From positions 10,336,001 through 10,400,000 of the forward strand of contig CP086569.2 in NCBI GenBank assembly GCA_009914755.4: a stretch of DNA of 64,000 nt, written 5' to 3'. Both the position numbers and the translations under genes were made by a program. Shown in pieces: positions 1-13,337 of this stretch (its first letter is position 1; every line of letters begins with the position of its first letter). Origin of the DNA: the human T2T-CHM13v2.0 reference genome, Homo sapiens. The notes below the pieces were generated by a model that did not search any database, had not been told where the DNA came from, and saw only the letters and a list, made by a program, of their open reading frames with translations.

Positions 1-1189
1 TGCACAGATGGGCTAATTGTCTGCTGCAGCATGAGGGCCAGGGGCTGACAATCAGCTCCCTTGACATCTGCAGTTGAACAGATCATTTAGAGCCTGGTCT
101 CTGCTAAAAAAGTTGCATATTGCCCAAAAAGTTTCTCAAAGATTATATAGTTCCCTGACTAAAGTGGAAGGGCTGGAGCTGAGAGTGGGTCATCCCTATA
201 GGGGACAGAGGCTGGAGAGTCTAAATCCAATTTTCTGCTGGAAAGAGCCTGGATAGACTATATTCATTAGCCCAGACAGGCACTTTCCCCAGCAGGGTAG
301 TTGATTCCCAACAGCAGTGGGAGGGGCTGGAGCTGAGACTGGGATTCTCTGTTTCTGAATAAAGTCATGTGCTCTAGAGATTCTAATGCCCCAGTGATTT
401 CCATTAGATATATCAGAAGTGATCTTCCTTCCAGGGGTACTAAGGCTTATTATATAAACTACTTGCCCACTGGGTCCAGGTAGGGCCAGAAACTTCATCC
501 TTCACTACTAAATTGCCTCTGCTTTTCAGCCTGGGGATGGGTGGAGCACATAGGACTAGGATGGTCAAAAGTATAGCAGTTGGGAATGGGTGGGGTCACA
601 TGACCCTTCTGTGGATAATCACCAAGCTGCCTCTTTGTCACAGCCTTGGAAGTTTTGCAGAGAAAACCAGGGTGGGATTTGGCAGTTGGCCAGTGACTTG
701 AGCCTGGCAGACCCATCAACCATGGTTGGTTCCTGCAGAATGATGCTGTTGCCTAGTTTCTCTGATGGTGTACCTCTGCTGGTTGGAATATAAAACCACC
801 AGTAAGATTACTGTTATGGTCCCTGTGAGCCCCATCCATGTACTTTGTTTCTAACTACCCCCTGTTGTCTCCCAATGTTACTCCCAATGTTTCCCACAGG
901 ATAAGACTAGAGAGGACATCATGTGAAGAAATGCAAAATGGAAAATAAAAGGCTGAATGTACAATTTCAACACTCTCCTCTCCGAATAAACTGCGAGTCT
1001 GGGGAAATTTTTTCTATGCAACCCTGTGCTGGCTTGGGGAGGAGAAAAAGCGTCAAATTAAAACTGTTCTTTTATCCTATGTATGTGGCTATTCTCAGTT
1101 CTATGGTCGAAGAAGGTGTCACAGATTCAATCCCAAGTTATAGAATCATTCACTAAGGTGTCCTTATCTAAGGATAGTTGTGAGTTGAG

Positions 1190-1237
1190 TTGTTTTTGTT
1201 GTTGTTGTTGTTGTTGTTGTTTTTTTGTGGAGGGCAT
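1190..1237. repeat. (TTG)n microsatellite
   Basis: tgtttttgttgttgttgttgttgttgttgtttttttgtgg. Confidence 0.9.
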
Positions 1238-1314
1238 GGGAATTAGCAGAATCACAGAATTCCTATTCTGCCACATTGGATCCTAGAAACAGGCAAGTTA
1301 AAAGACTGTCACAG

Positions 1315-1622
1315 GCTGAGCACAGTGGCTCATGCCTGTAACCCCAGCACTTTGGGAGGCCGAGGCAGGCATATCATGAGGTCAGGAGGCCAAGACCATC
1401 CTGGCTTACATGGTGAAATCCCTTCTCTACTAAACATACAAAAAAAAATTAGCCAGGCCTGGTAGCACATGCCTGCAGTCTCAGCTACTTGTAAGGTTGA
1501 GGCAGGAGCATCTCCTGAACCTTGGAGGTGGAAGTCAAAGTGAGTTTAGATCATGCCACTGCACCCCAACCTGGGTGACAGAGTGAGACTCAATCTCAAA
1601 AATAAATAAATAAATAAATAAA
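1315..1622 (+). mobile_element. Alu (AluS-like) with (AAAT)n tail
   Basis: ggctgagcacagtggctcatgcctgtaaccccagcactttgggaggccgaggcaggc... Confidence 0.9.
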
Positions 1623-2518
1623 ACTGGTCCTAAGGGAGGAGTTTACAAGTTTCAGGTGCTTCCATGGAGAAGCTGAAAGCTAGAGCGAGCCAAGGGTTGG
1701 ACTTAAGGAAGACCTCACGGGACCATTGAAAACCACCTCTTTGTCCTCTATGGAACACAGGAAATAGTGAATGCGGAGCTCCACTGTTTACTGATATAGG
1801 CAAGTTATCAGCCAGAGAAATATGTCTTAGTCTGTTTGTGTTCCTATGAAAGAATATGAGCCTGGAAAATTCATAAAGAAAAGAGCTTTCATTGGCTCCT
1901 AGTTCTGCAGGCTGTAAAAGATGTGTGGTGCCAGCATCTGCATATAGTGAGGGGCTCATGAGGCTTCCACTCAGGACAAAAGGTAAAAGGAAAACAGGCA
2001 TGTCACATGTGGAGAGAGCAAGAGAGACAAGGGGAGAAGGTATCAGGCTCTTTTCAACAAACTATTTGGAATGAAAAGCTGCATTATGAAAACTAATACA
2101 GCAGAAAACTCACTTATTAGCCATGGCAAAGGTGCCAAGCCATTTATAAGGGATCCAGCCCCATGACACAAACACACACCTCCCACTAGCTGCCATTTAC
2201 AGACTGGAGGACCACATTTCAGCCTGAGGCTTGGAGGGACAAATGTCCAAACTGTATCAACAGGCAAGTTTAAAAATCACGCAGAGTTATCGTAAAACAA
2301 TCATTTTTCCTCTTTAGACTCCTGGGACTACAAAAAGCTGGGCTTCATTAGCTTCCAGAGATTGGCAAGTTAGTATTGGAACACTTAGGCAGCAAACTGA
2401 GAAGTCAGGGCCACAGTTGGGTAGTTTGACTTCTTGGAAGGAAAATTTAGAAGCTCAGTATATTGCTAGAGTGAGTGATGATGAAGACCGATGAGAAATG
2501 CCTGTTTGCCTGCTCTCA

Positions 2519-2897
<379 letters not shown>

Positions 2898-3429
2898 CAA
2901 GGCATTAGATTTACAATCTAAGTTCTTCGAGGTACAAAGTGAGAGCTGAGCTTCATTGACTGCTTGAGATCCAGTAAGCCAGGAGGAAAGTTTCGGGAGG
3001 GCTTGAATGTCTACTTAAATCTCTCTTTTATCTTGGGAGGTCTTAGGAGAGTTATGAATGCCAGTCTGTGTTAGAATCCAGAGATAGGCAAGTTAGGAAT
3101 CATTTCATTGAGAAGCATCTGTAAGAGTTGGGGCATTACATATGTGGATTAATACTTCAGTCCTCTGAGAGAAGCTGTGAATTAACAGTTCCCTATGGAT
3201 TCTAGGGCACTGTGTCAGACATGAACTCTAGAACAAAACCATGCTTCAGTTTTTCTTATGTCTTTTAAGTGAGTATTTTCATAATCCTATGTGCAAGAGT
3301 ATCACAACTAGTTTCTGAGTTTATCTCATAGGGAATTAATGTGGGTGTGGCTTTTTATTTATTGCATTTGTGGATGGAGGAACAAATTAGAGCCTCCTAT
3401 TTTGTCCCTACCACACACACACATACACA

Positions 3430-3598
3430 AAAGCTGGGCACGGTGGTGTGTGTCTGTAATTCCAGCTACTTGGGAGGCTGAAATGGAAGGCTCACACATT
3501 TGAACCCAGGAGTTCAAGGCTAGCGTGCTACAGTGATGGAACTGCAGTCCAGGCAGGACAACAGAGTGAGACCCTGCCTCTAAAAATGAAAAAAAGAA
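3430..3598 (+). mobile_element. Alu-derived monomer fragment
   Basis: aaagctgggcacggtggtgtgtgtctgtaattccagctacttgggaggctgaaatgg...gagaccctgcctctaaaaatgaaaaaaag. Confidence 0.6.
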
Positions 3599-3672
3599 AT
3601 AAGTGCTTGAACTGAAGGATACCCTATTTAATATTTACATGTTTGTTGATTTATATAATTATTTTTGAATTG

Positions 3673-3952
3673 GAGTCATGCTCTGTCACCCAGGCTAAAG
3701 TGCATCGCACAATATTGGCTCACTGCAGCCTCAGCCTCCCAGGTTCAGATGATTCTCCTGCCTGAGCCTCCCAATTAACTGATACACATGAAAGGCCTGC
3801 ACCAATGCGGCCGGCTAATTTTTGTATTTTTGGTAGAGATGGAGTTTCATGGTTTTGGCCAGCCTGGTTTTCAACTCCTGACCTAAAAGGATCTGCAAGC
3901 CTCTGCCTTCCCAAGTGTTAGAATTAAAGACCTGAGCCATCACACTTGGACA
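3673..3952 (-). mobile_element. Alu
   Basis: Reverse-complement Alu: ggagtcatgctctgtcacccaggctaaagtgcatcgcacaatattggctcactgcagcctcagcctcccagg... Confidence 0.85.
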
Positions 3953-4413
3953 GTAAGATACACAAGACTAGGGAGTTTTATCTTTTCACTCCATCCTCAC
4001 AATGTTACATTATAGGTAATGAAAACACAACTTCATAACATGAATAACTCACTTGAAAATCAAAGTTTGTAACTTCTCCCTTTAAAATTATTTGCACCCT
4101 TACCCTATAAAAATGATGATCTTGTCAAGAAAATACTTCCTCCTTGCAGATTGGTCTGTCAATTGTAAGAATTATGGACCGTAAAACTTTTGGAACTTCA
4201 TGTATTTTATTTCTTTAGGTTGTATAATCAGGAAAATTAATTGGTTTAGTTATTTAGGTCCAAATCTTTTTATTTTTATCATTTGATGATTTGTTAAACC
4301 TTTAAGCAACTCCATCTTAAACTTTATGCTGTTGTTTATGTTTTATACACTTCACTTTAACAATAGTATGAGGTTTAAAGCATTTCCATTCATATCATCA
4401 ATTAAATCTGATA

Positions 4414-4702
4414 GGCTGAGATCAGTGGCTCATGCCTGTAATTGTAGCACTTTGGGAGTCTGAGGAAGGTGGATCAGGATTTTAAGAACAGCCTGGCAAA
4501 CATGGTGAGACGCTGTCAGTAATAAAAACACAAAAAGTTAGCCGGCTGTGGTGCACACATGTCTAATACCAGTTACTCAGGATGCTGAGGCAAGAGAATA
4601 GCTTGGACCCAGAAGGTGGAGTCTGCAGTAAGCCAAGATGGAGCCACTGCACCCCAGCTTGGGTGACAAAGCTACACTCCATCTCAAAAAAAAAAAAAAA
4701 AA
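4414..4702 (+). mobile_element. Alu
   Basis: ggctgagatcagtggctcatgcctgtaattgtagcactttgggagtctgaggaaggtggatcagg...polyA. Confidence 0.85.
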
Positions 4703-5639
4703 TTGAAAACATCCCAACCATTCTAGATTATTCCTATTTGTAAGAACTTATTACTAAACCATTACTTGCAACAACCATTGTCAAAACTTACAACAAAAAA
4801 TTAACATGAGTACGTCCCAAGACAAAACACTTACTTTTCAGTATTTAAATTAGGAACATTTAATTTCATTATGCTATGTATGCACTTGAGAAACTTAGCT
4901 GGTTCACTATTGATTTAGGTAAAAAGAAATAAATTCATTACTATTATCCCCCTTCAGTCACAAAATGCTTCAAGTAGAATGTTCTGGATGTCTTAAACTT
5001 TAGTATCAACCACATGTAATTATTTCCTTTCACCTGTACTATTCCTCTAATAAATAAACATTTTAGTGTGAGGCAGATAGTTTTGCAGCCTTTCTGAAGA
5101 TTTCTCAAACATTTTAACCTTGTAAGTTTTTGAAGAGAAACAGCATAATTAGAAAACTTGTGCAGCTTGCAAGGGAGATGTAACATATGCCTAATTTTGT
5201 ATCTATTTATTTGAAAGAAACAAAGAAAAACGTTCAGCAAACACCACAATTTACTCTCCTATTGAATTTGTTTTTAAGCATGTGCAGCTAAGCAATAACA
5301 TCAGGTATTTTGCAGTACATGTAAAATTTTATTAGAAAATTTTAATGTAGATATGACATCTAAACAGATAGTTTTCAAATAGCATTAACCAGTAAAAAAT
5401 TACTTGGAAAAAAATTCCTTTTCCTTTGAATAACTCAAAAAATTCATGGAGTAAGTCAGTATCGACCTCTCTCCACAAAACCAGTATGTTTCTTTTAGTA
5501 ATATGCAAGTAACAATGAAAAAAGAACATTTCAATTTTTGATTTGCAAACAAGGTTTGGTATGCAATAACTATTATTTTGAATACTTGCTTTAATATGTG
5601 CTTCAGTCTCCTTTATCATACTGACTTTCCCCACCATCT

Positions 5640-5891
5640 CCTGTAGATGCCACATAACTTCAGCTACCATATGCTTCATGAGGAGCAGGTACACCCTATC
5701 GAGGGAAGATGGATTTCTTTCGTCTTTTCTGCCAATGTGCTCATGACCACAGGAATAAAAATCACCACAGCCCTTTGAGTAACTCTCCCGACTTCTGCCA
5801 TATCTATCTCATATATTGTTATAATCATAGTGGCTGCTTCTACCATAAGACACTTTAGGCCCTCGTGCAGGTGGTGCACCATGAGAGGTCC
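5640..5891 (-). pseudogene. RBMY pseudogene terminal coding exon region, premature TGA
   Basis: It reads [63 protein letters not shown]... RBMY1 has [63 protein letters not shown]. AGA is TGA here. The 3' end and polyA site are not determined. Confidence 0.65.
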
Positions 5892-6296
5892 CTGCAGGGT
5901 TGGTAAAATAATATGTTGGACTACATTTAAACATTTTTACTGCCATCACTAAAGCATGAATTAGTTAAAGTACTATCTGGAAATATCTGCTTTCCTCTGC
6001 CTTTGTTGAAAGGATATTAATTATGCCTGCAATAGTCAGAAGGTTTTATTTAAAAGAAGTGTAAGGGTAGCATTTTGAAGCTTAACAAATTTATTTCTAA
6101 ACTAAACATTGAGTCTCATTTTCTGAATGTGAAGTTTTCAACTTCATATCGTTCCCATGCTTTATACTGTTAAGAATACTCCATATTTAAACATGTTATG
6201 TTTGTCCTTTATAATTTTCCTTTGAATTTCATTAAAATAATGCTCTGATCTATGAAATAAAATTGTAAAATTTACAAATCCATCCTGGACCCTTAC

Positions 6297-6384
6297 CATA
6301 TCTCTGAAATGCATCTCTGTAAGAACTTCCACTTGTATGTTCAGAATAATCTCTACCATAGGCCTCACAGTAGCCATCACGGTA
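6297..6384 (-). pseudogene. RBMY pseudogene exon 7
   Basis: It reads (S)[30 protein letters not shown] then gtaagg. RBMY1 has [31 protein letters not shown]. Confidence 0.75.
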
Positions 6385-6471
6385 ACTAAATTGAAAAAAA
6401 AAAAGGTTTTTTAATGTCAGAATGAACAATTTAAGAAATCTATTAGATAAATCCAGAAAAAGTTACAGTAC

Positions 6472-6582
6472 CTATATCCTCTAGAGGAATGTTCATCCTG
6501 AATAGAATGACCATAATCACGATATGCATAGTCTCTAGGTGGTGGAGCATAATCCCTGGTTTCTCCGGAACTTGGATGATTT
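6472..6582 (-). pseudogene. RBMY pseudogene exon 6: single 111-bp SRGY box
   Basis: It reads [37 protein letters not shown], flanked by cacag| and |gtactg. The 37-aa unit is the SRGY repeat; only one copy is present, against four in RBMY1A1. Confidence 0.8.
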
Positions 6583-6759
6583 CTGTGTGCATAAATTTAA
6601 GCAATAAATTTTAAATTTTCAACTTCTAGTATCCAAACCATAACTATTATAACTTAAACAAAATTAAAAGGCCAAACATCTAAATAGATATTTCTCCAAA
6701 TAAAATAGGCAAATGCCCAAAAAGCACATGGAACAGATACTCACATTCAGTGATTCAGA

Positions 6760-7400
6760 AAATAACTTCAAATCGAAAATGAGATATCATACTTCACACA
6801 CACATTGGAATGGCAATATATTTTAAAAGCAGGAAATAACAAGTGTTTGAGAGGATATAGATAAATTGGAACCCTGATACAATGATAGTTGGAATAGAAA
6901 ATGATGCAGCTACTATGGAGAAATGTGGTGGTTCCTCAAGAAAACAAACATAATTATCATAGGACCAAGCAATTCCACTTGTATAAACATCCAGAATTGA
7001 ATAAGCATACTCAAACAAATATTGGTGCATAGAAACACTGTGGTGGAAGCAACCCAAAGAAAATAATGAGTTAACAGCTTGTGGAAGGAGTGAAGTGCTA
7101 TGATGTAAATGAACCTTCAGGACATCATGCAAAAGCAAGAAGACAGATACAAAAAGTCGTGTAGTATTTGAGCCCATTAACATTAAATGCCCACAACAGG
7201 TAAGTTCAAAGGCAGAACACAGATTGGTGTTTGCTAGCAGCTGAGGGAACGGAGAAAATGAAAGGGACTGCTTAACTGGTAGTTGGAATTTTAGTTTGGT
7301 GTGATAAAAAAATGTTTTGGAACTTGATGGAGGTAGTTGCTGCACAACACAGAATGTATTTAACTCCACTTAACTGTTTACCTTATAATATTTAATTTTG
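6760..7400 (+). mobile_element. Old L1 (L1M/L1P-type) 3'-end fragment inside RBMY pseudogene intron
   Basis: The sequence aaatgagatatcatacttcacacacacattggaatggcaatatattttaaaagcaggaaataacaagtgtttgagaggatatagataaattggaaccctgatacaatgatagttggaatagaaaatgatgcagctactatggagaaatgtgg is the canonical L1 ORF2-end / 3'UTR. Confidence 0.7.
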
Positions 7401-7475
7401 TTATATGAATTTCATCACCACATCAAAAAAAATCAACTGCTTTTAAAAATTTTTTCCTTTATCCTTAGTTGCATA

Positions 7476-7573
7476 ACCATCATCTCTGGGTGACATATGG
7501 CCATTTCTCCAAGAAGAGAATGGCTCTCTGTGTGGAGGACCTCCATAATTCTCTCTTCCACGTGATACAGGAC
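7476..7573 (-). pseudogene. RBMY pseudogene exon 5
   Basis: It reads [40 protein letters not shown]1 has [37 protein letters not shown]. The acceptor is aag|gtcctg. No canonical GT donor is visible after ...gcaactaaggataaagg. Confidence 0.7.
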
Positions 7574-8899
7574 CTTTAATATTAAAATGATGGACCACTA
7601 TGTATAGAAAACCAAACCTGAAACACTATTTTCTCTTCTCTCAAACAACTTTTTACACTTATTTCTTCTATGACTCCATTCTTCGTTCCCTAAATTACTA
7701 AACAGTCATAACACTGTGAATATTTCTTACAGCTTTGGATAATCCCATGGCTCCTGCAAAGCCAGTTCTTCTAATGAAGCTGAAGCCCAACATTAATTCT
7801 TAGATAAAAGTTCATTTGTAATGGTTAATAACTACTTAGTTATTATTCTCATTTTCATATGAATTACTGATGACTACTAATGACACAGGGAACACATGTA
7901 AAGCCATCAAACTCATCAAACATCTTCAAAATGTAAAATACATTTTAAAAATGTATTTTAAAGTTTACATACATTGTCCTTTCTCAGCTGAAGAAGGTAA
8001 ATTTTCCTATGTTGTTCAATCCATCTCACACACACAAATACTGATACCTTTGAACGACTGCATGCTAAATGTTTACATAAAAGTTCTCCTTTATCTCTGA
8101 GTGGTTGCATCTATCCTAAATGTTGACAAATTAAAATGTACTAGTGAAGATTTTCTGAAGATGGCCAACATTTACTTTTACTGCAATAAACAGTACTATT
8201 AAAGGGGTCATTACAACATTGTTGCTATTTCAAAATAGAAAAGGTTCTCCTTTAATATATTATTCACGTGCTACTCATTAGAGGTCAGTGTTTTGCCTAT
8301 GATATGTTCACTGGCTAATTTTCAAATGAAAATGTGTTGCCTTGTGTATCCTGAAGTCCATAAATACCTAACTTCACCAATACTCTACATATCAAATGTA
8401 AAATTGAAAATGGCAGTTTTCAATTTCCTCCATATTAGGGTGGAGGACTAAGTAAGAATTTTAATTTGTTCTGCTTAAACTTCTTGGTTAAGAACTTTTA
8501 TTTATTATCTTGCTTTCTTCTCTTCAGTCTGCAATCTTACAATTCTCCTTCTAAAAAATATTACTTTTATACAATCCTAGTGGTTACCTCATGTTGCTTA
8601 GTTCTAAATTCTCTCCTCAAATAAATTCAAATCTTACAGTAAGGATCTTGTGTTAATGTTTAAACATCCTGGTATGATCTCAATTATTGATTTACATCTC
8701 CTTATATTTCACAACTCTGCACTTCTGTGATATCCACTTAATTTAAGAATATTGGACTCCTTCATGTCTACCTTTAAAGCCTTAAATTTATTTTTTAATA
8801 ATATTTAAGCCCAGTGACTCCTTGTCTGCTAAGTCCTCATGTAGTTCTTTTGAATCTTCATATAAGCAGTAAGAATGACTTGCACATAAGCATTATTGA

Positions 8900-9145
8900 G
8901 GTCTCAGAAGCTGGAAGGCCAGGCTCAGCAGCTCACACTGTGAGCCACTGTAGAAGGCTGAGTCAGCTGTACTGCTTGAGGCCCGGGCTTTAATGTCAGT
9001 TTTGACAATGTAGTGAGATCCTATCTCTACAAAAATATAGGGAAAATAATTTAGCTAGTTGTGGTGGTGCATGCCTGTAGTTGCAGAAACTTGGGAGGCT
9101 GAAACAGGAAAATTGCTTGAGCCCAGGAATTTGAGGCTGTAATAG
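8900..9145 (+). mobile_element. Degenerate Alu-like element
   Basis: ...aataatttagctagttgtggtggtgcatgcctgtagttgcagaaacttgggaggctgaaacaggaaaattgcttgagcccaggaatttgaggctg. Confidence 0.5.
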
Positions 9146-9611
9146 GCCTTCATCTTACCAATAAACTCTGACATGGTAAGGGCAAGACTCCAACCCGACA
9201 TAGAAGCTGAACAAGCAATTTTTAGATTGGGACACCAGGGGACCATTACCAGGGGACACTAGGAAATGGAAGAATTCATTAGATGAAGAAGCATACCATC
9301 AAAGAATACTGCTTGCTAAGAACTTTCAGAAAAATTAAAGGGAATTTTCTAGCAAACACAGGATTAAAAGGAATGTTGGCCTCACTCTAATCACTTCTTT
9401 GATCGGCAATGAGAAGCTCCAGTATTTCTTCACCATAAATCTGAAATGTATCTAGTGAGACAGAAACTATAATAAAAGCTATCGATCAGTAATTATGCCC
9501 ATGTATGTGTTACTTCTCTTTTGTTCAATGAAGTTAAAGTTAAGCACCCAGTTAAAAAAGCTCATTCTTAGTTGTACAAAAAAAATGGTCTTTCTATCAC
9601 GTAGCATTTAC

Positions 9612-9763
9612 CTTGGCCTCCCATACCACTGTTGCTTCTTGCCACAGCAGAAGGAACAGATTTCTTAGGAGGAAGACCTCCACGTCTTGAAGATGGAACT
9701 TTTTAGCTGGAATGGGTCCCCTAGGAGAACACAAGTTAAGATCAAGAGTGCATCCACCATCAT
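9612..9763 (-). pseudogene. RBMY pseudogene exon 4 (DDGG...SNSxMGxQ), diverged, 1-bp deletion
   Basis: It reads DDGGCTLDLNLCSPRGPIP, then a frameshift, then [29 protein letters not shown] followed by gtaaat. RBMY1 has [51 protein letters not shown]. The exon is 152 bp where 153 is expected. The deletion lies in ccagctaaaaag-ttccatct. Confidence 0.75.
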
Positions 9764-11527
9764 CTGTATTTCAAACAAAATATTTTTAGTTAACTAACAT
9801 CACTGTTTCTTAAATGGCTAAGTTTTAGTTGTATATAAAGATTTTCTACATATTATAATCTTACAGATTCACATTTGTCTAAACTAATAAAATTAACATT
9901 TCTATATGAAATTAGTACAATTCAATCAATAAAAGTCCATTTAGAATATCTAGAAAGAAACTCAAGAATCATAATACATTTGTGTGAGAGATGTGGAAAA
10001 GTGGGGAGTGAACAGGGAGCACAAATATATCAATAAAATCATTAAGTATAATATACACAAAAATATTAAAAGAAAAATGATAAATGACTGTTTATATCAT
10101 TGTTATGATGAAAAACTTTCAAAGTATATCATAAAGATAAACTAAATTCCATTCAAAGAAACTGAAATATTTGCAATATCAAAATGTGACACATCAGGAA
10201 AATACATTATCTCTAAAATTTGTTAAGATAATATAGAATTCTTACAATTCCTTTATGAGACACTAATTTTCAGATTAGACTACGCTAAATTTTAATAATC
10301 TTTAAGAATTGCATATAAAAACGTTTTCATATATCTACAAAAAATGTAGATATAAGCCAATTGCCAGGTGGTGTTACAGGTTAGAATACACACATTCTCA
10401 TACATGGCAGAGTATTATTGAACCTCACCCTCAAGATCAATGGAGACAAAATAACCAAGAAGCTATGCATTTTAAAATGGAACAAACACTGCAATTTCAA
10501 CTTTAAAAAAAATCTCCAATTAATTACACATCTGGTTATTAAAACTCCAAGTTAAATGTTAGATTTTTGAAGGCTGGTTAATAGATAATACAAGTTAACC
10601 ATAGGTTTATTTATTTATTTATTTGTTTGTTTATCGAGATGGACTCTTGCCCTATTGCCCAGGCTGGAGTGCAATGGTGTGATCTTAGCTCACTGAAGCT
10701 TCTGCCTCCCAGGTTCCAGTGATTCCTCTGCCTCAGCCTCCCGAGTATCTGGGATTACAGGTGCATGCCACCACGCCAGGCTAATTATTTGTATCTTTAG
10801 CAAAGACAGGGTTTCACCATGTTTGCCAGGCTAGTGTGGAACTCCTGACCTCATGGTCCACCTGTCCCGTATTCCCCAAGTGCTGTGATGACAGGCGTGA
10901 GCCACCTTGCCCAGCCCATCCAATAGTTTTTTTTTTTAATAATACATGTTTTTTATGTAAATATTGGCCCCTCATTTCTATTGTGTAAATCACTCATAAT
11001 TATCATATGATAAATTATCATAATTATCACTGAAAAATTTTCAGTGACTCATCCTCCAGCAAAGAAAGATACATAGATATCTGTGAAGCAGTTGTTTTTA
11101 GAACTTTCCAGAGCCACAGACTCTTCAGAAATTAAAGTTCTACATTTCTTAAATTGAAAATGCTTTATGGCAGGCCAATGTACAAACTCTACGTATCAAA
11201 ATTACAAAGCAATAGATTTGCATAGATGTTTGCACATGTATACACACAAAAAAAATTGAAAAATAAATCTTAAGTACTGAGTTACTTTTTTCCTGTTGGA
11301 AAGTTTTAAATATTCCGTTGTATTTTGATAATACAACTGATATGAAGTTCTGGGCCCCAAAGTAGAAAACTCTAAAGTATAATGAATATAAATCAGTTCT
11401 GCAGAAAACCAGTTGAGTACAGGCAGTCAGCATTCATAAAACTCAATTCAGTTTGAAATCTGCGCTATTTCAATGCAAAGTTATTATAATTTTAAAACAA
11501 ATTTTAGATATTAGTTCAATCATTCTT
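9700..11527. repeat. 1.8-kb tandem duplication, copy 1 (inside RBMY pseudogene intron/exon 4)
   Basis: Positions 9700-11527 and 11528-13337 align end to end at about 85-90 percent identity. Each includes an Alu and the motif cttaaattgaaaatgctttatggcaggccaatgtacaaactct. Confidence 0.85.
10618..10918 (-). mobile_element. Alu (in tandem-duplication copy 1)
   Basis: gagatggactcttgccctattgcccaggctggagtgcaatggtgtgatcttagctcactgaagcttctgcctcccagg... Confidence 0.85.
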
Positions 11528-11588
11528 TTAACTGGAATGAGTCCCCTAGAATAACTCATCTTGAGATCAGGAGTGTATCCACCATCAT
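11522..11588 (-). pseudogene. Duplicated 5' portion of RBMY exon 4 (from the 1.8-kb tandem duplication), RBMY1-identical coding for [22 protein letters not shown]
   Basis: The reverse complement reads tag | gat gat ggt gga tac act cct gat ctc aag atg agt tat tct agg gga ctc att cca gtt aaa ag. It then runs into non-exonic sequence at the duplication junction. Confidence 0.75.
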
Positions 11589-13337
11589 CTATATTTCAAA
11601 CAAGATCTTTTTAGTTAGCTAACATCACTGTTTCTTAAATGGCTAAGTTTTACTTGTTTACAAATATTTTCTACATTTTATAACAAATTCACATTTTGTC
11701 TAAACTAATAAAATTAGCATTCCTACATGGTATTAGTACACTTCAAGCAATAAAAGTTCACTTAGAAAATCTAGAAAGAAACTCAAGTATCATAATATAT
11801 TGGTATGAGAGAGAGATGTGGGAAAATGGGGAGTGAACGGGGGCAGAAATCTATCACTGAAATATCTAAATATAATATGTATAAAAATATTAAAAGAAAA
11901 ATGATAAATGACTGTTTATATCATTCTGTAATGAGGAAAAATTTTCAAAGCACATCATAAACTAATTTCCATTCAAAGAAACTCAAATATTTCCAATACC
12001 AAGAAGTGACATATCAGGAAAATACATTGTCTCTAAAATGTGTTAACACAACATAGAATTTTTAAAATTCCCTTATGAGACACTAATTTTCAGATTAGAC
12101 TATGCTGAATTTTAACAGTTTTTAAGAATTGCATATTCGGTAATATAAAAATATTTTTATACATCTACAAAAACGTAGATATATGCCAATTGCCAGGTGG
12201 TGTTACAGGTTAGAATTTATATATACATTCTCATCCGCGGCAGAGTATAATTGAACCTCACCCTCAAGATCAGTGGAGACAAAACAGCCATGAAGCTATG
12301 CATCTTAAAATGGAGCAAACACTGCAATTTCAACTTGAAAAAAATCTCCAATTAACTACACGTCTCGTTATTAAAACTCCAAGTTAATTGTTAGAGTTTT
12401 GAAGGTTGGTTAATAGATAATACAAGTTAATCAACAGGTTTATTGATTTATTTATTCAGATGGACTCTTGCCCTATCACGCAGGCTGGAGTACCATGGCA
12501 TAACCTTGGCTCACTGCAGCTTCTGCCTCCCAGGTTCCTGTGATTCTCCTGCCTCAGCCTCCTGAGTAGCTGGGATTACAGGTGCACACCACCACGCCCA
12601 GGCAAATTTTTTTGTACCTTTAGGAGAGACAGGGTTTCACCATGTTGGCCAGGCTGGTCTGGAACTCCTGACCTCGTGGTCCACCTGCCCTGTACTCCCC
12701 AGGTGCTGAGGTGACAGGCGTGAGCCACCTCGCACAGCCCATCCAATAGTTTTTTCTTTTTCTTTTTTTTTAAATATATGGTTTGTTTTTCTTTTATATG
12801 TAAAAATAGACCCTCATTTCTATTAAGCGAATCACTCATAAATATCATTTTCAGTGACTCAGCCTCCAGCAAAGAAAGATACATACATATCTGTGAAGCA
12901 GTGGTTTTTAGACCTTTCCAGAGTCACAGACTTTTTTCAGAAATTAAAGTTCTACATTTCTTAAATTGAAAATGCTTTATGGCAGGCCAATGTACAAACT
13001 CTCTGTATCAAAATTACAAAGTAATACATTTGCATAGATGTTTGCACATGTATACACAAGAAAACAAATACTGCAAAATCAATCTTAAGTATTGAGTTCC
13101 TTTTTCCTGTTGGAAAATTTTAAATATGACATCGTACTTTGATAATACAACTGACATGAAGTTCTGGGCCCTAAAGTAGAAAACTCTAAAGTATAATGAA
13201 TATAAATGAGTTCTGCAGAAAATTGGTTGAGTACAGGCAATCAGCATTCATAAACACAACTCAGTTTGAAATGTGTGTTACTTCAATGCAAACTTATTAT
13301 AATTTTAAAACAAATTTAAGTATTAGTTCAATGATTC
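11528..13337. repeat. 1.8-kb tandem duplication, copy 2
   Basis: See copy 1. The junction lies at ...agttcaatcattc|ttttaactggaatgag. Confidence 0.85.
12462..12746 (-). mobile_element. Alu (in tandem-duplication copy 2; paralog of 10618-10918)
   Basis: cagatggactcttgccctatcacgcaggctggagtaccatggcataaccttggctcactgcagcttctgcctcccagg... Confidence 0.85.

Noticed and set aside
1-1100. Possible LTR-like element with internal direct repeat gggctggagctgaga(g/c)tggg (about 170-195 and 312-337) and a terminal ccgaataaactgcg polyA-like signal
   Set aside because: I could not match it to a known LTR family from memory. It is left as unclassified interspersed or unique sequence.
6794-7369. 191-aa ORF (minus strand), the longest in the RBMY region
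   Set aside because: It lies entirely antisense to an old L1 3'-end fragment (6760-7400) inside an RBMY intron. It has no recognisable domain and is a chance ORF in AT-rich repeat.
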